Shown: piece by piece, positions 62,120 through 64,000 of the stretch
How positions within the stretch are numbered: position 1 is the stretch's first letter
Layout: every line of letters begins with the position of its first letter
Source: Rhizorhapis sp.
Lineage (GTDB): Bacteria > Pseudomonadota > Alphaproteobacteria > Sphingomonadales > Sphingomonadaceae
Direction of reading: 5' to 3'
Assembly (NCBI RefSeq): GCF_035276005.1
Contig: NZ_DATEMB010000011.1
Span: 29,175 to 93,174 of the forward strand
Length of the DNA stretch: 64,000 nt
The notes under the pieces: model-generated
Told to the model about the DNA's origin: nothing
Databases searched by the model: none
The model's input: the letters and a program-made list of their open reading frames with translations, nothing else
Position numbers and translations under genes: made by a program

Positions 62120-63502
62120 ATGAGCCAAGTGGTCACCACAGCCGATGGGCGCGCCATAGATATCCCCGCCAATCCGATCGCTTCCGGGCAGGACCTTGAG
62201 GACCGGCCCGACAGGGACATCCGTTTGGGCCTAATCGTTGCGGCGCTGTTCTTTGTCCTCTTTCTTGGCTGGGCCGCCTTCGCGCGCCTGGACGCTGCGG
62301 CCTATGCGCCCGGCCGCCTCACCGTTTCCGGCCAGCGCCAGGCCGTGCAGCATCGCGATGGCGGCGTGGTGGGCGCCATATATGTGAGGGAAGGGCAAAG
62401 GGTACGGCAAGGCCAGCTACTCGTCGAACTGGCCGCGGCGGAGGTTCGGGCACAAGAGCGCGCCCTTGGTTCGCAGCTGATTGAGCTCCAGGCCCAGAGG
62501 GCTAGACTCGAGGCCGAACAGCTTGGTGCGGGCGCCATTCGCTGGCCCGCCGAATTTGCCCAGATGAAAGGTGAGGACAGTAACAAGGCTGAGGCCGCCA
62601 TGCGTCTGCAGACTGCGCAGTTCCGTGCCCGCATGGCTGTACTTTCGGCGCAGGCCGGAGTGTTTCGCCAACAGGCAGCGCAAGCGCTGGAAGGCGCAGA
62701 AGGATATAGGCGGCAAGCCGATGCGTCCGCCGAACAGGAACGGCTGATCACCGAAGAACTGGACAGCCTTCAGGAGGTCGCCGCCAAAGGCTTTGTCTCC
62801 AAGACCCGCCTGAGGGCGCTGGAGCGGGCGCGCGCGGATCTGGTCGGCCGCAAGGGGCAATATGTCGCGAGTGTCGCTCAATCTTCAGCCGAAGCAGGGG
62901 AAAACCGCCTGCGGCAGCTTGAAGCGGAAAAGAGTTTTCGCGAGAAAAGCGCGTCGGAATTGCGCGACGTCGAATATGCGCTGGCGGAGCTGCTTCCCAA
63001 ATATAATGCCGCCAAGGACCAACTGGAGCGCACTCGCATTCGCGCTCCGGCTACGGGTAGGGTCATGGGCCTGAATGTTTTCACGGTGGGCGGCGTCATT
63101 ACTCCGGGTCAAAGGCTGATGGACGTGGTGCCAGACAAGGCGATGCTGGTCATTGAAGCCAGGGTTTCACCTAATGACGCGGACGATCTGACCATCGGTC
63201 AGCAGGCGGAAATCCGCTTTGCAAGCCTTCACGAGCGGGAACTCCCCATTCTTTCCGGCAAGGTGACGCGCCTGTCCGCTGACAGCTTTCAGGACGAACG
63301 GACCGGCGAGTCCTATTATTCAGCCGAAGTGACGGTGCCTCCCTCGGAGCTTGCGATTATCCAAGGTCTGCGCGGACGCGACTTTGCCCTCCGGGCAGGC
63401 ATGCCCGTGCAGGTCCTGGTGCCGCTCAAGAAACGCACCGCGCTGCAATATGCGTTCGAGCCGCTCACCCAATCTCTATGGAGATCATTCCGGGAGAATT
63501 GA
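62120..63502 (+). CDS. type I secretion membrane fusion protein (HlyD/PrtE family)
   Basis: 460 aa with an N-terminal TM helix and a long coiled-coil. The C-terminal part is RIRAPATGRVMGLNVFTVGGVITPGQRLMDVVP...LRAGMPVQVLV. It starts 3 nt after the ABC gene. Confidence 0.9.
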   Translation: MSQVVTTADGRAIDIPANPIASGQDLEDRPDRDIRLGLIVAALFFVLFLGWAAFARLDAAAYAPGRLTVSGQRQAVQHRDGGVVGAIYVREGQRVRQGQLLVELAAAEVRAQERALGSQLIELQAQRARLEAEQLGAGAIRWPAEFAQMKGEDSNKAEAAMRLQTAQFRARMAVLSAQAGVFRQQAAQALEGAEGYRRQADASAEQERLITEELDSLQEVAAKGFVSKTRLRALERARADLVGRKGQYVASVAQSSAEAGENRLRQLEAEKSFREKSASELRDVEYALAELLPKYNAAKDQLERTRIRAPATGRVMGLNVFTVGGVITPGQRLMDVVPDKAMLVIEARVSPNDADDLTIGQQAEIRFASLHERELPILSGKVTRLSADSFQDERTGESYYSAEVTVPPSELAIIQGLRGRDFALRAGMPVQVLVPLKKRTALQYAFEPLTQSLWRSFREN

Positions 63503-63830
63503 TTCACTGATCAGCCGGTCGAATGGTCGGACCGTCGGGCGAGCAGCATGCGCAGCGCCGGACGTACTGAGCCGACCACGCCCAACGCGACAGCCGTGCG
63601 GCGACCGAGCGCGAAGGCGCGTTCATCGATCTGCACGACGGTCGTTTTTTTTGGGCAGATATTCCGAATAGGGATAGTCGGTCCCCAACATCAGCATGAG
63701 GTCCGCTCGAGTGCGTCGACGCCGGGCCTGCCACCGATAAGGCCGATGCCGCTCGCCTTAAGTGTGTAAAGTAGCATTGGGGCAAAGCTTGCGAGTAATC
63801 CCGAAATCTCGATAGGACCCGAAAAAAACC
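63503..63830 (-). pseudogene. remnant of a thiamine-diphosphate enzyme gene (pyruvate oxidase/acetolactate synthase-like middle domain)
   Basis: Minus-strand frames read ...LKASGIGLIGGRPGVDALERTSC* / DLMLMLGTDYPYSEYLPKK / TTVVQIDERAFALGRRTAVALGVVGSVRPALRMLL. This matches the conserved LGTDFPY...VQID...G.R....L.VVGD block of PoxB/ALS-type enzymes. There are at least two frameshifts and both ends are missing. Confidence 0.5.
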
Positions 63831-63831
63831 G

Positions 63832-64000
63832 ATGCTCCATTTCTTAGCAGCCACCCTGCTTGTCAGCCAGTCCGTCCTGCAGGCTCAGTCGACGGCCTCG
63901 GTTTATGGCAGGTGGAAAACAGACGATCATAAGGCGGTGGTGACCATCGGCGCTTGCGGGCCATCGCTTTGCGGGCGCATCAGCAAGGTGCTTGATAAGG
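63832..64000 (+). CDS. DUF2147 domain protein (5' part; runs off window end)
   Basis: My translation gives MLHFLAATLLVSQSVLQAQSTASVYGRWKTDDHKAVVTIGACGPSLCGRISKVLDK. This is a signal peptide plus the GxW.T.D...V.I..CG..LCG.I pattern of DUF2147. Confidence 0.65.
   Translation, partial: MLHFLAATLLVSQSVLQAQSTASVYGRWKTDDHKAVVTIGACGPSLCGRISKVLDK

Noticed and set aside
63504-63854. 116-aa minus-strand ORF
   Set aside because: The frame does not correspond to the recognisable TPP-enzyme fragments. The region is interpreted as a decayed pseudogene.

Overview
High-GC chromosomal segment, probably from an alphaproteobacterium. A sphingomonad-like origin is my inference from gene content and REP-type repeats, not a database result. 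All calls come from reading the sequence and the ORF track; no searches were run.

Layout:
- 1-9.9 kb, housekeeping: secreted S9A prolyl oligopeptidase (partial), rpsM-rpsK-rpoA-rplQ, pabB-pabC, an aspartate aminotransferase, and GFA, DUF72 and DUF192 genes.
- 10.0-31.6 kb, the most interesting part: nine co-directional, mostly overlapping minus-strand genes.
  - Upstream five: a signal-peptide TPR-CHAT protease, a CHASE2 class III nucleotidyl cyclase, a FecR-like periplasmic protein, and a TpsB/TpsA two-partner secretion pair.
  - Downstream four: a 4-5 haem cytochrome c, a lipoprotein with two GlcG/HbpS-like (DUF336) domains, an outer-membrane beta-barrel, and a decahaem cytochrome fused to an LVIVD beta-propeller.
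- 31.8-53.0 kb, ordinary or accessory genes: copCD, two M20 amidohydrolases, a Tat-VOC protein, a TonB-dependent receptor, an IS481-like integrase remnant beside tRNA-Arg(UCU), yhhQ, a LuxR solo with a wHTH protein and a divergent ICMT-like membrane methyltransferase, gshA, rsmE, ubiA, a beta-helix lipoprotein, DUF892, plsC, DUF218, ftsX, ftsE and a zinc-ribbon protein.
- 53.1-63.8 kb, apparent island after tRNA-Leu(GAG): AT-rich DNA, an orphan nucleotidyltransferase, a decayed SIMPL gene, two divergent RTX-type giant proteins (Calx-beta/RTX and VCBS/RTX), a PrtD/PrtE-type type I secretion ABC transporter and membrane fusion protein, and a decayed TPP-enzyme gene.

Several families of short palindromic REP-like repeats are scattered through the window. 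Two copies lie inside or at the start of coding regions. No rRNA, CRISPR array or intact mobile element was seen. Many long ORFs in the track are antisense shadows typical of high-GC DNA.
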